Source: Candidatus Pelethousia sp. (GTDB taxonomy: Bacteria > Bacillota > Clostridia > Christensenellales > CAG-138). From it: a stretch of 64,000 bases of DNA. Positions 38,611 through 47,708 of this stretch are shown one piece after another (within the stretch, counting starts at the first letter, position 1; every line of letters begins with the position of its first letter). Position numbers and translations under genes: made by a program. The stretch covers positions 842 to 64,841 of the forward strand of contig JAYFPE010000004.1 of assembly GCA_034928145.1 (NCBI GenBank), written 5' to 3'. The notes under the pieces are model-generated. The model saw nothing but the letters and a program-made list of their open reading frames with translations, had not been told where the DNA came from and ran no database searches.

Positions 38611-39969
38611 CTATTCCTTCTCCACTAGTTTGGCGGCCTGGCTGGCCGCCACGAGGATGGGGTCGTAAACCGGGGCTACGGGCGGGGCGTAGACAAGGTC
38701 AAGCTCGCTCACCGCCTGCACCGTCATGCCCGCGGTGATGGCCACAGCGAGCGCGTTGATGCGCCCGGCCGTGCCTTCGCCGCCCAGGGCCTGGGCGCCC
38801 AGCAGGCGGCCCGTGCTCGTATCCAGCGTGAGGCAGATGCGGGTAAGGCTGGCGCCGGGGTAATAGGGGGGCTTGTCTTGCTTTTGGATCATGCTCTGCG
38901 CAGCCGGAAAGCCGGCAAGGAGAGCCTGCTCATAGGTAAGGCCGGCTTGACCGATGTAAAGATCGAAGAGCTTGGTGGCCTGCGAGCCCAGCACGCCCGG
39001 GAAGCTTACCACCCTGCCGCCGATGTTGCTGCCCGCCACGCGTCCCTGCTTATTGGCCGTTGTGCCAAGGGGGACGTAGGTAGGCTGGCCGGTGAGGCGG
39101 TTTTTCATCTGCACGCAGTCGCCGCAGGCCCAGATGTCCGGATCTGCCGTTTGCATGGCGTCGCTCACCACGATGGCGCCCCGCTCGTTTACGGCGAGGC
39201 CTGCCTCGGCTGCCAGCCGGCCATTTGGCCGCACGCCCACGCTCATCAGCACCACATCCGTCTCATATTGGCCGCCATCCTGCGTTGAAACCCGGCGGGC
39301 AAGGCCCTTCTCGGCTTGCAGCTCCGTTACCCGGCTGCCAAGGCGGATATCCACGCCGTGCTTTTGCATCTCATCTAAAACGATTTCGGAATAGGCCTCG
39401 GGCAGCATGGGTAAAAGCCGCGATTCGCTTTCGAACACCGTGGCGGCAATCCCTCTTAGCTGCAATTGCTCGGCTACCTCCAGCCCGATCAAGCCGCCGC
39501 CGATCACGGCCGCCCTGCGGGCGCTTTTGAGCCGCTCTACAAGAGCCAAGCCATCCTCTACGGTGCGCAGTGTAAGTACGTTTGCCGCATCCGCCCCTGG
39601 GATGGGCAGGCGTATGGGATTTGCGCCGGTGGCGATCACCAGTTGGTCATAGGAGTCGCCGAACTCCATTCCATCCTCCAGCCGGCGCACCACCACCAGC
39701 TTGTGCGCCCGGTCGATGCGGATGGCCTCGTGATGAAGGTGCACGGTAATATCGCGCTCCGCTTGCAGCTTTTCCGGCGTGAGGGCAATCAGCTCCCGCG
39801 AATCGCGGATCATATCCCCGGCAAAATAGGGCAGGCCGCAGGCCCCGTAGCTGGCGAAGCCGCTCTTTTCATAAACCGCAACGGAGAGGCCGGGCAGCAA
39901 GCGCTTGGCCTTGGAAGCGGCGCTCAGCCCGGCCGCATTGCCGCCGATCACGATCAGTTTCTGGCTCAT
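38611..39969 (-). CDS. CoA-disulfide reductase / NADH oxidase family FAD-dependent oxidoreductase
   Basis: VIGGNAAG FAD motif, the redox Cys context SYGACGLPY, and a second Rossmann motif VIGGGLIGLE. Confidence 0.8.
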   Translation of the reverse strand: MSQKLIVIGGNAAGLSAASKAKRLLPGLSVAVYEKSGFASYGACGLPYFAGDMIRDSRELIALTPEKLQAERDITVHLHHEAIRIDRAHKLVVVRRLEDGMEFGDSYDQLVIATGANPIRLPIPGADAANVLTLRTVEDGLALVERLKSARRAAVIGGGLIGLEVAEQLQLRGIAATVFESESRLLPMLPEAYSEIVLDEMQKHGVDIRLGSRVTELQAEKGLARRVSTQDGGQYETDVVLMSVGVRPNGRLAAEAGLAVNERGAIVVSDAMQTADPDIWACGDCVQMKNRLTGQPTYVPLGTTANKQGRVAGSNIGGRVVSFPGVLGSQATKLFDLYIGQAGLTYEQALLAGFPAAQSMIQKQDKPPYYPGASLTRICLTLDTSTGRLLGAQALGGEGTAGRINALAVAITAGMTVQAVSELDLVYAPPVAPVYDPILVAASQAAKLVEKE

Positions 39970-40131
39970 AACAGCATCCTCCTCTATTCACATCTCCCTG
40001 TACTTATTGTTTCTTCTTGCCGACCCTGCCGGGCATGAAACAGTTTTTGACTGAAACGTGCGGAACATACTTCCAAAATTCTATCATTGTTGGGGCCGCC
40101 GTGTCAAATTCCGAAAGGCACGGACGCGCCG

Positions 40132-40174
40132 CAATTATGGCTCAATTTCGGAAGCGCCTTTGCACAATTATGGC
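40132..40174 (+). promoter_or_regulatory. Direct repeats CAATTATGGC (33-bp period), candidate activator site
   Basis: CAATTATGGC occurs at 40132-40141 and at 40165-40174, with similar flanks (..ATTTCGGAA / ..ATTGTGGAA). The repeats lie 60-100 bp upstream of a TATAAT box at 40235-40240. Confidence 0.35.
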
Positions 40175-40280
40175 AGATTGTGGAACAAATCCAACAAATG
40201 GCACGGGCGGCTTTTGCTGCAAAAAAAGAGCATTTATAATGCAATTGCGGAGCAGAAATTCCGCCGGACGGAGGTTAGGC

Positions 40281-42179
40281 ATGCGAAAGATCGGTACCAC
40301 AAAAAAGGGCGGGGCAGCGGGAGAGAGCATCCAACAGCAGCTGGAGGGCCTGCTGGGAAGTGGGGCACCCAGACGCAAGCCGCCCAAATGGCTGTGGTTT
40401 GCCGTGGGCGGGGGCACGCTGCTGCTGGGCGGAACGATTCTCGCGCTGGTTCTGACCAACAAAAGCGCCGCAGCCAGCCAGGCGACATACCGGGAATTCA
40501 CCGTGCAGCGGGGTGATGTGACCGTGGGTTCCACAGAAAGCTCGTCTATCTCTTTGATGCGCGAAACCATCGATTTCCCCGTTTCTACCACCATCGAGGA
40601 GGTCTATGTCAAGGCTGGCTCCTATGTAGAGGAAGGCGAGCCGGTGATGCTGCTAAATGTCGAGCAGGTGCAATTCGGCCTCGCGAGTTATGAGCTTGAG
40701 TTGGAGCAGGCGGGCCTTGAATTGGAGCAGGCCAAACTCAAGCAGGAAACGGGCATTTTGGAAGCCCAGCAAAAATATGATACGGCCAAGCAAACCGGCA
40801 AGCTGGCGGATAGTACCGAGGCCCTCAGCGTGGCCGAATTGCAGCTGGCTTTAGAAACGGCGGAGCAGGCTCTGGAAGAAGCCACCAAAGAGTATGACGA
40901 ATATGTCGTGCTCAATATCAACTATCCTTATGATTATTCTACCCTCTGCTATTATGAGGAGCAGGCGGAGTCCTACAAAAGCCAGGTGGATACCTATACC
41001 GAGCAGCTCAGTGATTATGAAAGTCTGGAGAAGCTGATCGAAACACTAAAGAAAGAGATCAGCGACTCTACAACCGAAGCCAACTCGTTGATAAATGATA
41101 CCGATATCGGCACTTCGGGGCGGACAAAGGCGCAGATCGTGAGCGACATTGCGGCAGCGAACGAAGAGTTGGCCACGCGGGAGGCGGATTTTTCCAACCT
41201 GCAAAATGAGGGCGCGAAGTCCGTCATCCAGAGCAATCTGTATGACGCCCAAAGGAGCTATACGAGCGCCAACAGCACCTATGTCGAGTATAAAACCTGG
41301 TATAACGAAAAGTACGGCAATAGCACCGATGGGGATGACTTAGCCACCAAGGTGGCAAATTTACAGACCCAGGTGAACAAGGCCGCTCTGGCTCTGACCA
41401 AAGCGGATATGAGCCTCACCACGGGGATCACAACAGCCGGGCAGAAGGCGGAAACCGCCGCTACAAGCGCTTCCGTGGCGGCTACAGAGCTGGAGCTGGC
41501 GGAAATGGAATTGCAACAGGCTGTGGACGCGGCGCAGGAGGCTTATGATGCCCTGGCCGCGGAGATCGTAGAAATCAAGAAGGTAGTGCGGGAGGATGGC
41601 CTGGTCTACGCCCCTTGCAGCGGCATGGTGGCCAGCGTAGCTTTCGAAGCGGGGGACAGTTTCGAGGTCACCTATGACCCGCTGACGGAGGAAGTGCGGG
41701 AGCAGACCCTGCTAACCCTCACCGACATTGCGAATGTCTACGTGCCCATCACCATCTCCGAGGAGGATGTGCTGGATATCTCCATTGGTCAGCAGGCCAG
41801 CGTGACCATGACGGCCTTCAGCGGGCAAACCTTCGACGCCGAGGTGGATACCGTCAGCGTGGAATCTTCCCGCAGCGGCGCGGCCACCGTGAGCTATACG
41901 GTGAACGTGCGCTTTATGGGCGTGAATACCCAGCAGATGTTCGAGGGAATGAGCGCAGAGGTAACGCTGGTGCAGGGCCAGGTGCAGGATGTGCTCTATA
42001 TCAACGCACAGTGTGTGACCAATACCGGCGGCAGGGCCGTGGTACTGGTGCGGGGCGAGGATGGGGTGCCTATGGAACGGGAAGTAAAGACCGGCTTTTC
42101 CGACGGCCGCTATGTGGAAATCCTCAGCGGCCTTGCCGAAGGGGAAACGGTGCTGGCGGAGAGCGCGGTGCAGCCATGA
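40281..42179 (+). CDS. HlyD/MacA-type periplasmic adaptor with very long coiled-coil hairpin
   Basis: GGAGGT RBS, an N-terminal TM anchor, a lipoyl-like half-domain (IEEVYVKAGSYVEEGEPVMLL), more than 300 aa of heptad-rich sequence, and C-terminal beta-barrel/MP domains. Confidence 0.75.
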   Translation: MRKIGTTKKGGAAGESIQQQLEGLLGSGAPRRKPPKWLWFAVGGGTLLLGGTILALVLTNKSAAASQATYREFTVQRGDVTVGSTESSSISLMRETIDFPVSTTIEEVYVKAGSYVEEGEPVMLLNVEQVQFGLASYELELEQAGLELEQAKLKQETGILEAQQKYDTAKQTGKLADSTEALSVAELQLALETAEQALEEATKEYDEYVVLNINYPYDYSTLCYYEEQAESYKSQVDTYTEQLSDYESLEKLIETLKKEISDSTTEANSLINDTDIGTSGRTKAQIVSDIAAANEELATREADFSNLQNEGAKSVIQSNLYDAQRSYTSANSTYVEYKTWYNEKYGNSTDGDDLATKVANLQTQVNKAALALTKADMSLTTGITTAGQKAETAATSASVAATELELAEMELQQAVDAAQEAYDALAAEIVEIKKVVREDGLVYAPCSGMVASVAFEAGDSFEVTYDPLTEEVREQTLLTLTDIANVYVPITISEEDVLDISIGQQASVTMTAFSGQTFDAEVDTVSVESSRSGAATVSYTVNVRFMGVNTQQMFEGMSAEVTLVQGQVQDVLYINAQCVTNTGGRAVVLVRGEDGVPMEREVKTGFSDGRYVEILSGLAEGETVLAESAVQP

Positions 42180-43531
42180 TGCGGCTTAGCGAGATATGGC
42201 ACCTTGTTTGGGTGAATATCATTGAGAACAAGGCCAAGATGATGCTCACCTCTTTGGGCATCATTGTGGGCGCGGCCACCATCGTGCTGGTGATCGCCAT
42301 CGGCAAGGGCGGCCAGAAGGATGTGGCCGATCAATTCAAAAACCTCAACGCCGGGGCCATTGAAGTGCAGGTGGGCAGCGGCGCCTCCATGACAGAGATT
42401 GAGGCAATGCCGGGGGGCGGCTTCCCAGGCGGAGGCGGCATGCCCAGTTTCAGCGGAGGCGGCATGCCCAGTTTCAGCGGTGGCGCTACGCCCTCTTTTG
42501 GCGGCGGCAGCAGCGGACGCTCAGGCAGCAGCGGCCAGGGCGGCAGCCAATCCCGCAACAGCGTCACCCTTACCACCGAGGATGTGGAAAATATCGAGCA
42601 GTATGTGAGCGGCCTTTCGGATGTGACCATCCTCGTATCCGGCGAGACCACGGTTTTCGGCGGCGGTTTGGAAGAGGAAAAGACCGTGACCGTTGTGGGC
42701 GCGCTGCCCAATTACCAGGGCGTGAGCAACCTCACGCCCCTCTACGGCAGCTTTATCACGCAGGATAACCAGGATTTTGCGGATTACGTTTGCGTGATCG
42801 GCTATAGCCTGGCGGAGGAGATTTTTACTTACCCCGGCTATGCCTACGGCGATTATTTGCAGATCGACGGCAAGAACTACGAGATCATCGGCGTGCTGGA
42901 AACCATGGGCTCCGTGCAGAGCGGCATCAGCCCGGACAGCGCCGTTTACGTGCCTTATGCCACCTGTGTCAAGCATATTCTGGGCTCCAGCGAAAAGCCC
43001 ACCATCGCCGCCGTGGCCGAAGATGTGGATAAGGTGGAGCAGGCCATGGCCAATATCCAAACCGTGCTCACCGAGAACTACCCCAACGCCTCTTTCGAGG
43101 TGACGGATGCGGGCAGCGCCATGGAGGCGGCCACCCAAAGCGCCAATACCCTGGCGGCCATGCTGCTGGCCGTGGCCAGCATCGTGTTCATGGTGGGCGG
43201 CATCGGCATTATGAACGTGTTCTTCGTTTCCGTCAAGGAGCGCACGGCGGAGATCGGCCTTTTGAAGGCGGTGGGCTGCTCCAAACGCACCATCTTGCTG
43301 GAATTCCTCCTGGAGGCGGCCAGCATCAGCGTGCTGGGCGGCATCGTGGGCGTGGCCCTGAGCTATGCCATCCTGCCCCTTGTGGAAATGCTGGGCGCCA
43401 CGGCAATGCCCACCTTCCAGGGGGCGGCGCTGGCCTTGGTTTTCGCTGTGCTCACGGGTACGGTGTTCGGCTTTTATCCCGCGTGGAAGGCTTCGCGCCT
43501 GAATCCCATCCAGGCGCTCAATCAGGAATAG
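42176..43531 (+). CDS. MacB/FtsX-type ABC transporter permease with Gly-rich insertion in the extracytoplasmic domain
   Basis: ATGA overlap with the adaptor gene. MacB_PCD-like N-terminus (NKAKMMLTSLGIIVGAATIV) and a C-terminal FtsX domain (ERTAEIGLLKAVG...YPAWKASRLNPIQAL). Confidence 0.8.
   Translation: MMRLSEIWHLVWVNIIENKAKMMLTSLGIIVGAATIVLVIAIGKGGQKDVADQFKNLNAGAIEVQVGSGASMTEIEAMPGGGFPGGGGMPSFSGGGMPSFSGGATPSFGGGSSGRSGSSGQGGSQSRNSVTLTTEDVENIEQYVSGLSDVTILVSGETTVFGGGLEEEKTVTVVGALPNYQGVSNLTPLYGSFITQDNQDFADYVCVIGYSLAEEIFTYPGYAYGDYLQIDGKNYEIIGVLETMGSVQSGISPDSAVYVPYATCVKHILGSSEKPTIAAVAEDVDKVEQAMANIQTVLTENYPNASFEVTDAGSAMEAATQSANTLAAMLLAVASIVFMVGGIGIMNVFFVSVKERTAEIGLLKAVGCSKRTILLEFLLEAASISVLGGIVGVALSYAILPLVEMLGATAMPTFQGAALALVFAVLTGTVFGFYPAWKASRLNPIQALNQE
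42431..42502 (+). repeat. In-frame 24-bp tandem repeat (2 perfect units plus 1 degenerate)
   Basis: GGAGGCGGCATGCCCAGTTTCAGC occurs twice, then GGTGGCGCTACGCCCTCTTTTGGC. Together they encode GGGMPSFS GGGMPSFS GGATPSFG. Confidence 0.9.
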
Positions 43532-43546
43532 AGGAGGATGACCTTT

Positions 43547-44122
43547 ATGCGTAAATACCGGCTGTTTTGCCTGCTGGCGGCTCTGCTGGCTCTGCTGTTC
43601 GTAGGTTGTTCCAAGGATGAGGAAGCGGATGTCGTCCGCGTAGACCTTTCCCAAGCGGGGCAGGGCGGCTTCTCCGGCATGCCTTCGGGTGATATGCCTT
43701 CTTTTGACGGAATGCCTACAGGAGGCGAGTTGCCATCCGATGAGCGCCCTAGCGGTGATCTGACCCAGACCCAGGGAGGCCGTCAGGGCGGGCGGCAGAA
43801 CGCCGATGAGGACGCGGTCCAGGGCGAAGGCGCAGGCGGCCAGGGCGGGGACGCGATGGCCCAGCAGGACGACGGCAACACCGTCTATGGCCGGATAGCC
43901 GCCATCGTGGGCAATAAGGTTACCCTCACGCTGGGCACGCGCGACGAGAGCGGCACGCTGGTCTATGGCGAGGAAACGGCCGAATATCTTTTGCCCGTGG
44001 GTATGGCTATCGGCACGGGGGACTTTTCCAGCGTGACCAAGGGCATGACCCTGCGCATTACGCTGGAAACGCCGGCCGATGGCAGCGAGAATATCACCGG
44101 CGTTTCCATCGTTTCGAGGTAA
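43547..44122 (+). CDS. Lipoprotein with low-complexity linker and C-terminal beta-rich domain
   Basis: Lipobox LLFVGC. GAGGAGG lies 9 nt upstream of the ATG at 43547. The linker GFSGMPSGDMPSFDGMPTGG resembles the permease insertion. Confidence 0.6.
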   Translation: MRKYRLFCLLAALLALLFVGCSKDEEADVVRVDLSQAGQGGFSGMPSGDMPSFDGMPTGGELPSDERPSGDLTQTQGGRQGGRQNADEDAVQGEGAGGQGGDAMAQQDDGNTVYGRIAAIVGNKVTLTLGTRDESGTLVYGEETAEYLLPVGMAIGTGDFSSVTKGMTLRITLETPADGSENITGVSIVSR

Positions 44123-44130
44123 GGCAAGCC

Positions 44131-44826
44131 ATGGATGCGGAGCACATCATCCTCTGCGAGGATATCCATAAATATTACCAGGTGGGCGACGAGCAGCTAG
44201 AGGTGCTCAAGGGTATCTCCCTTAAGGTGGATGCGGGCGAGTATCTGGCCATCCTGGGCCCCTCGGGCAGTGGCAAAAGCACGCTGATTAACATCATCGG
44301 CTGTATGGATGATTTCCAAAAAGGGACCTATACCCTGGCGGGTATTCCCGTGCAGGCCATGAACGAAGAGCAGATGGCCCTGCTGCGCAACAGGCTGATT
44401 GGCTTCATCTTTCAGAAATATCACCTTTTGCCGCGCTATAACGTGCTGCAAAACGTGATGATGCCCCTCTTGGTACGGGGTATGCCCAGGCATGAGGCCA
44501 AGCGCGCATCGCTGGAAAAGCTGGAGATGCTTGACATGAGCGACCGGCTTAGCCACAAGCCCAACGCCCTTTCCGGCGGCCAGCAGCAGCGGGTGGCCAT
44601 CGCCCGGGCCTTGGTGGGCGGGCCAAAGCTCTTGCTTGCGGATGAGCCCACAGGCGCGCTGGATAGCAACACCGGCAAAGAAGTGCTCAAGCTCTTTGCC
44701 CAACTGCACGAGATGGGCCACACCATCGTAATGATCACCCACGACCTGAATGTGGCTGGCCACGCCAAGCGGGTGGTGCGCATCGTGGATGGGGAGCTGT
44801 TTGAAGGGGAGCAAAGTGCAGGCTGA
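44131..44826 (+). CDS. MacB/LolD-type ABC transporter ATP-binding protein
   Basis: Walker A GPSGSGKSTL, signature [15 protein letters not shown] and Walker B LLADEPTGALD. Confidence 0.9.
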   Translation: MDAEHIILCEDIHKYYQVGDEQLEVLKGISLKVDAGEYLAILGPSGSGKSTLINIIGCMDDFQKGTYTLAGIPVQAMNEEQMALLRNRLIGFIFQKYHLLPRYNVLQNVMMPLLVRGMPRHEAKRASLEKLEMLDMSDRLSHKPNALSGGQQQRVAIARALVGGPKLLLADEPTGALDSNTGKEVLKLFAQLHEMGHTIVMITHDLNVAGHAKRVVRIVDGELFEGEQSAG

Positions 44827-45068
44827 CGCAGAACCAAGCGGCATAAGGAAAGGCGTTTAATACGATGGACAATCTCATGAGACCGATCCATAGAATCAAG
44901 GCGTGATTGCTTTCTTAAGCCGAACGGAAAAGTCCCTTTACCGGGCTCTCTGTCCGGTGCTTTTTGTTGGGCGCACGCAAGAGACGCCGCTCCTTCTGAA
45001 AAAATTGGAACCGCCGATCTGACATAGCCTTGAGCGGCGTAAGCTTTTCAAATTTCTGCCAGAATTGC

Positions 45069-45097
45069 TTGACACTTTTCAGCGGAGATTATAGACT
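45069..45097 (+). promoter_or_regulatory. Sigma-A type promoter of the dha operon
   Basis: TTGACA-17 nt-TAGACT, about 200 nt upstream of dhaK. Confidence 0.45.
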
Positions 45098-45198
45098 ATA
45101 TATACCAACGGCTACATATATTTAGATAATCGACTTGCGGCGAAACGCCCGGATCGCCAATGATAAAACAATAAATATAGGATGACGTATGGAGAGTC

Positions 45199-45241
45199 GC
45201 AATCTGATTGCCCCGAAAGGGGGTATTTAGGTTGCTTTTTT
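45199..45241 (+). terminator. Leader hairpin plus U-run (candidate attenuator) upstream of dhaK
   Basis: GCAATCT...CCCC-GAAA-GGGG...AGGTTGC followed by TTTTTT, located 60 nt before the dhaK start. Confidence 0.4.
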
Positions 45242-45300
45242 ACTATTTCCATTATGCTGGCGCATAATATTATAAGCTGAAGAGCGAAAGGAGAGCCCAT

Positions 45301-46296
45301 ATGAAAAAGCTGATTAACAAGCCCGAAAACGTAGTCGATGAGATGCTAGGGGGACTGGAGCTGGCGTATCCGCAATATCTTCGCAGACTCGAAAATTTTG
45401 AGGTAATGGTGCGCTCGAAAAAGAAAGAGGGCAAGGTCGCGCTGGTTAGCGGCGGCGGCAGTGGACACGAGCCTTCGCACGCGGGCTTTGTCGGCTGCGG
45501 CATGCTCGACGCCGCCGTCTGCGGCCCGGTTTTCACCTCTCCCACGCCCGACCAGGTTTTTGAAGCGATCAAGGCCGTCCAAACCGACGCGGGCGTTCTG
45601 CTCGTCATCAAAAACTACACGGGCGATGTTATGAACTTTGAAATGGCAATGGAAATGGCTGAGGCCGAGGGGATCAAGGTCGCCAAGGTCGTGGTGGACG
45701 ACGACGTGGCTGTGATGAACAGCACCTGGACGGTCGGCCGCCGTGGCATCGCGGGCACGGTTTTGGTTCATAAGATTGCCGGCGCCGCAGCCGAGGCGGG
45801 CAAGAGCCTTGAGGAGGTTCAGGCCATCGGTGAAAAGGTCATCAAGAATATCCGTACCATGGGCATGGCGCTCACGCCCTGCATCGTGCCTGCGGCCGGC
45901 AAGCCCAACTTTACCCTTGAAGAGGACGAGATGGAAATGGGCCTCGGCATCCACGGCGAGCCGGGCGTGCGCAAGGAAAAAATCCGCACGGCGGATGAGG
46001 TCGTTGAGGAATTGGTCGGCCGCGTACTCGAGGACCAGCCGCTCCAGGCGGGCGATGAGGTTGCCGTGCTTGTAAACGGCCTGGGCGGAACGCCGCTGAT
46101 GGAGCTGTTTATTATGAACCGCAAGGTCAACGCCATCCTCACCGGAATGGGCGTCAAGATTCATGATACCAACGTGGGTAACTACATGACCTCCATCGAG
46201 ATGGCCGGCGCCTCCGTCAGCATCCTTAAGCTCGACGACGAGCTCAAGGGTTATTATGGCTCCAAGGCGGATACCGTCGCCTACAAGCACTTTTAG
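45301..46296 (+). CDS. dhaK: Dihydroxyacetone kinase subunit DhaK
   Basis: MKKLINKPENVVDEMLGG and VSGGGSGHEPSHAGFVG motifs. Confidence 0.9.
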   Translation: MKKLINKPENVVDEMLGGLELAYPQYLRRLENFEVMVRSKKKEGKVALVSGGGSGHEPSHAGFVGCGMLDAAVCGPVFTSPTPDQVFEAIKAVQTDAGVLLVIKNYTGDVMNFEMAMEMAEAEGIKVAKVVVDDDVAVMNSTWTVGRRGIAGTVLVHKIAGAAAEAGKSLEEVQAIGEKVIKNIRTMGMALTPCIVPAAGKPNFTLEEDEMEMGLGIHGEPGVRKEKIRTADEVVEELVGRVLEDQPLQAGDEVAVLVNGLGGTPLMELFIMNRKVNAILTGMGVKIHDTNVGNYMTSIEMAGASVSILKLDDELKGYYGSKADTVAYKHF

Positions 46297-46344
46297 CTGT
46301 CGCCGCTCCCTCGCGGGGCAATCTTAAAACGGGAGATATGCACA

Positions 46345-46983
46345 ATGAGCTATTCCAAAGAACAGGTTCGCGGCCTGCTGTTTAAGCTGGCCGACATGAT
46401 CGACGAAAACAAGCAGATGCTCACGGACCTTGACGCTGCGATCGGCGATGGCGATCATGGCCATAACATGGCCCGGGGCTTTGACGCGGCGCGCGCAAAA
46501 CTTACGCAGGCGCCGATGGAGCAGGATGCCGAGGCCATGCTCAAAGCCACGGCTATGGCGCTTATTTCCAACGTTGGCGGGGCGGCCGGGCCGCTTTACG
46601 GCACCCTGTTTTTAAAAGGGGCCGCTACCGCGAAGGGAAAGGAAGAGCTGGGGCTGCCCGATCTCGCCGATTTTCTGAAGGCGGGAATTGAAGGCGTGCA
46701 ACTGCGCGGCAAGGCGGTTTTAGGCGAAAAGACTATGCTTGACGTCCTCATTCCGGTGCAGGCCGCCCTTGCGGCGGATGCAGAGGCGGGCGAGCCCGCT
46801 CCGCAGTCGCTGGAAAAGGCGGCTGCGTTGGCGCGTGCGTGTGCGGAAAAAACAAAGGAAATCGCCGCAACCAAGGGCCGCGCCTCCTATTTGGGAGAAC
46901 GCAGCATCGGCCACATCGACCCCGGCGCCATGTCAAGCTGCCTGATGATCGAAACGCTTGCGGGACTGGTAAAAGGGGGCTAA
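46345..46983 (+). CDS. dhaL: Dihydroxyacetone kinase ADP-binding subunit DhaL
   Basis: LDAAIGDGDHGHNM and GGAAGPLYG motifs. Confidence 0.85.
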   Translation: MSYSKEQVRGLLFKLADMIDENKQMLTDLDAAIGDGDHGHNMARGFDAARAKLTQAPMEQDAEAMLKATAMALISNVGGAAGPLYGTLFLKGAATAKGKEELGLPDLADFLKAGIEGVQLRGKAVLGEKTMLDVLIPVQAALAADAEAGEPAPQSLEKAAALARACAEKTKEIAATKGRASYLGERSIGHIDPGAMSSCLMIETLAGLVKGG

Positions 46984-46987
46984 AATC

Positions 46988-47371
46988 ATGGTTTCTCTGA
47001 TGCTCCTATCCCATAGCCGCAAGATCGCGGAGGGCGTAAAGGAACTGTGCGAGGAGGTCAGCGGCGGCGCGCAAGTGATTGCTGTGGGCGGCACCAAGGC
47101 GGGTACGCTCGGTTCCGACTTTGACGCGATTTTTGCGCAGCTGGAGATGGCGACGGCAAAGGGGGAGGTCATCATTCTGGCCGATATGGGGTCCTCTCTG
47201 TTGACTGCGGAAACGGCGATCGACGCGCTGGACGACAATCGAAAAGCAAACGTGCATCTTTCCCCTGCGGCCCTGGTGGAGGGTGGCGTTATGGCGGCCG
47301 TGTCTTTGGCCGGCGGCCTTGACGCTGCGGAGGTTTTAGAGCAGCTGGAGGAATTCCGGCTCAGCAAATAG
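46988..47371 (+). CDS. dhaM: PTS-dependent dihydroxyacetone kinase phosphotransferase subunit DhaM (EIIA-Man-like only)
   Basis: 127 aa, with LLSHS (phospho-His) at the N-terminus. It has the EIIA-mannose fold size and no fused HPr/EI domains. Confidence 0.8.
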   Translation: MVSLMLLSHSRKIAEGVKELCEEVSGGAQVIAVGGTKAGTLGSDFDAIFAQLEMATAKGEVIILADMGSSLLTAETAIDALDDNRKANVHLSPAALVEGGVMAAVSLAGGLDAAEVLEQLEEFRLSK

Positions 47372-47423
47372 CAAAAGCCGGCCCCTTTACCGGGGCCGGC
47401 AACCTTATATAGAGGAGCATAGC

Positions 47424-47681
47424 ATGATAACGATCGACCATACGATACAGGACGAGCTTGGCCTGCATGCCCGCCCGGCCGGCCAGCTGGTCAAGCTTGC
47501 CGCAGGCTTTAAATCCGACATCAACATCAGCTTCGGGGATAAAACCGTGAGCGCCAAAAAGCTCTTCCAGGTGATGGGCTTGGGCACCAAGGGCGGCAGC
47601 ACGATTTCGGTAACGGTTTCGGGCGAGGACGAACGTGAAGCGGCCGAGGCGATTCAAGGTTATCTTGCAGCGTATATTTGA
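47424..47681 (+). CDS. ptsH: HPr-family phosphocarrier protein
   Basis: GLHARPA with His15. Position 46 is Lys (SAKKLFQV) where the regulatory Ser normally sits. Confidence 0.85.
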   Translation: MITIDHTIQDELGLHARPAGQLVKLAAGFKSDINISFGDKTVSAKKLFQVMGLGTKGGSTISVTVSGEDEREAAEAIQGYLAAYI

Positions 47682-47708
47682 CCTGCGCGATATGGGAAAG
47701 GACAGAGC

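Noticed and set aside
40017-40280. 88-codon N-terminal extension of the HlyD-type ORF.
   Set aside because: The region is AT-richer and carries promoter-like and direct-repeat elements, and its translation is Cys/Thr-rich and unlike a protein. A strong GGAGGT RBS precedes the ATG at 40281, which gives the usual short cytoplasmic tail plus TM anchor.
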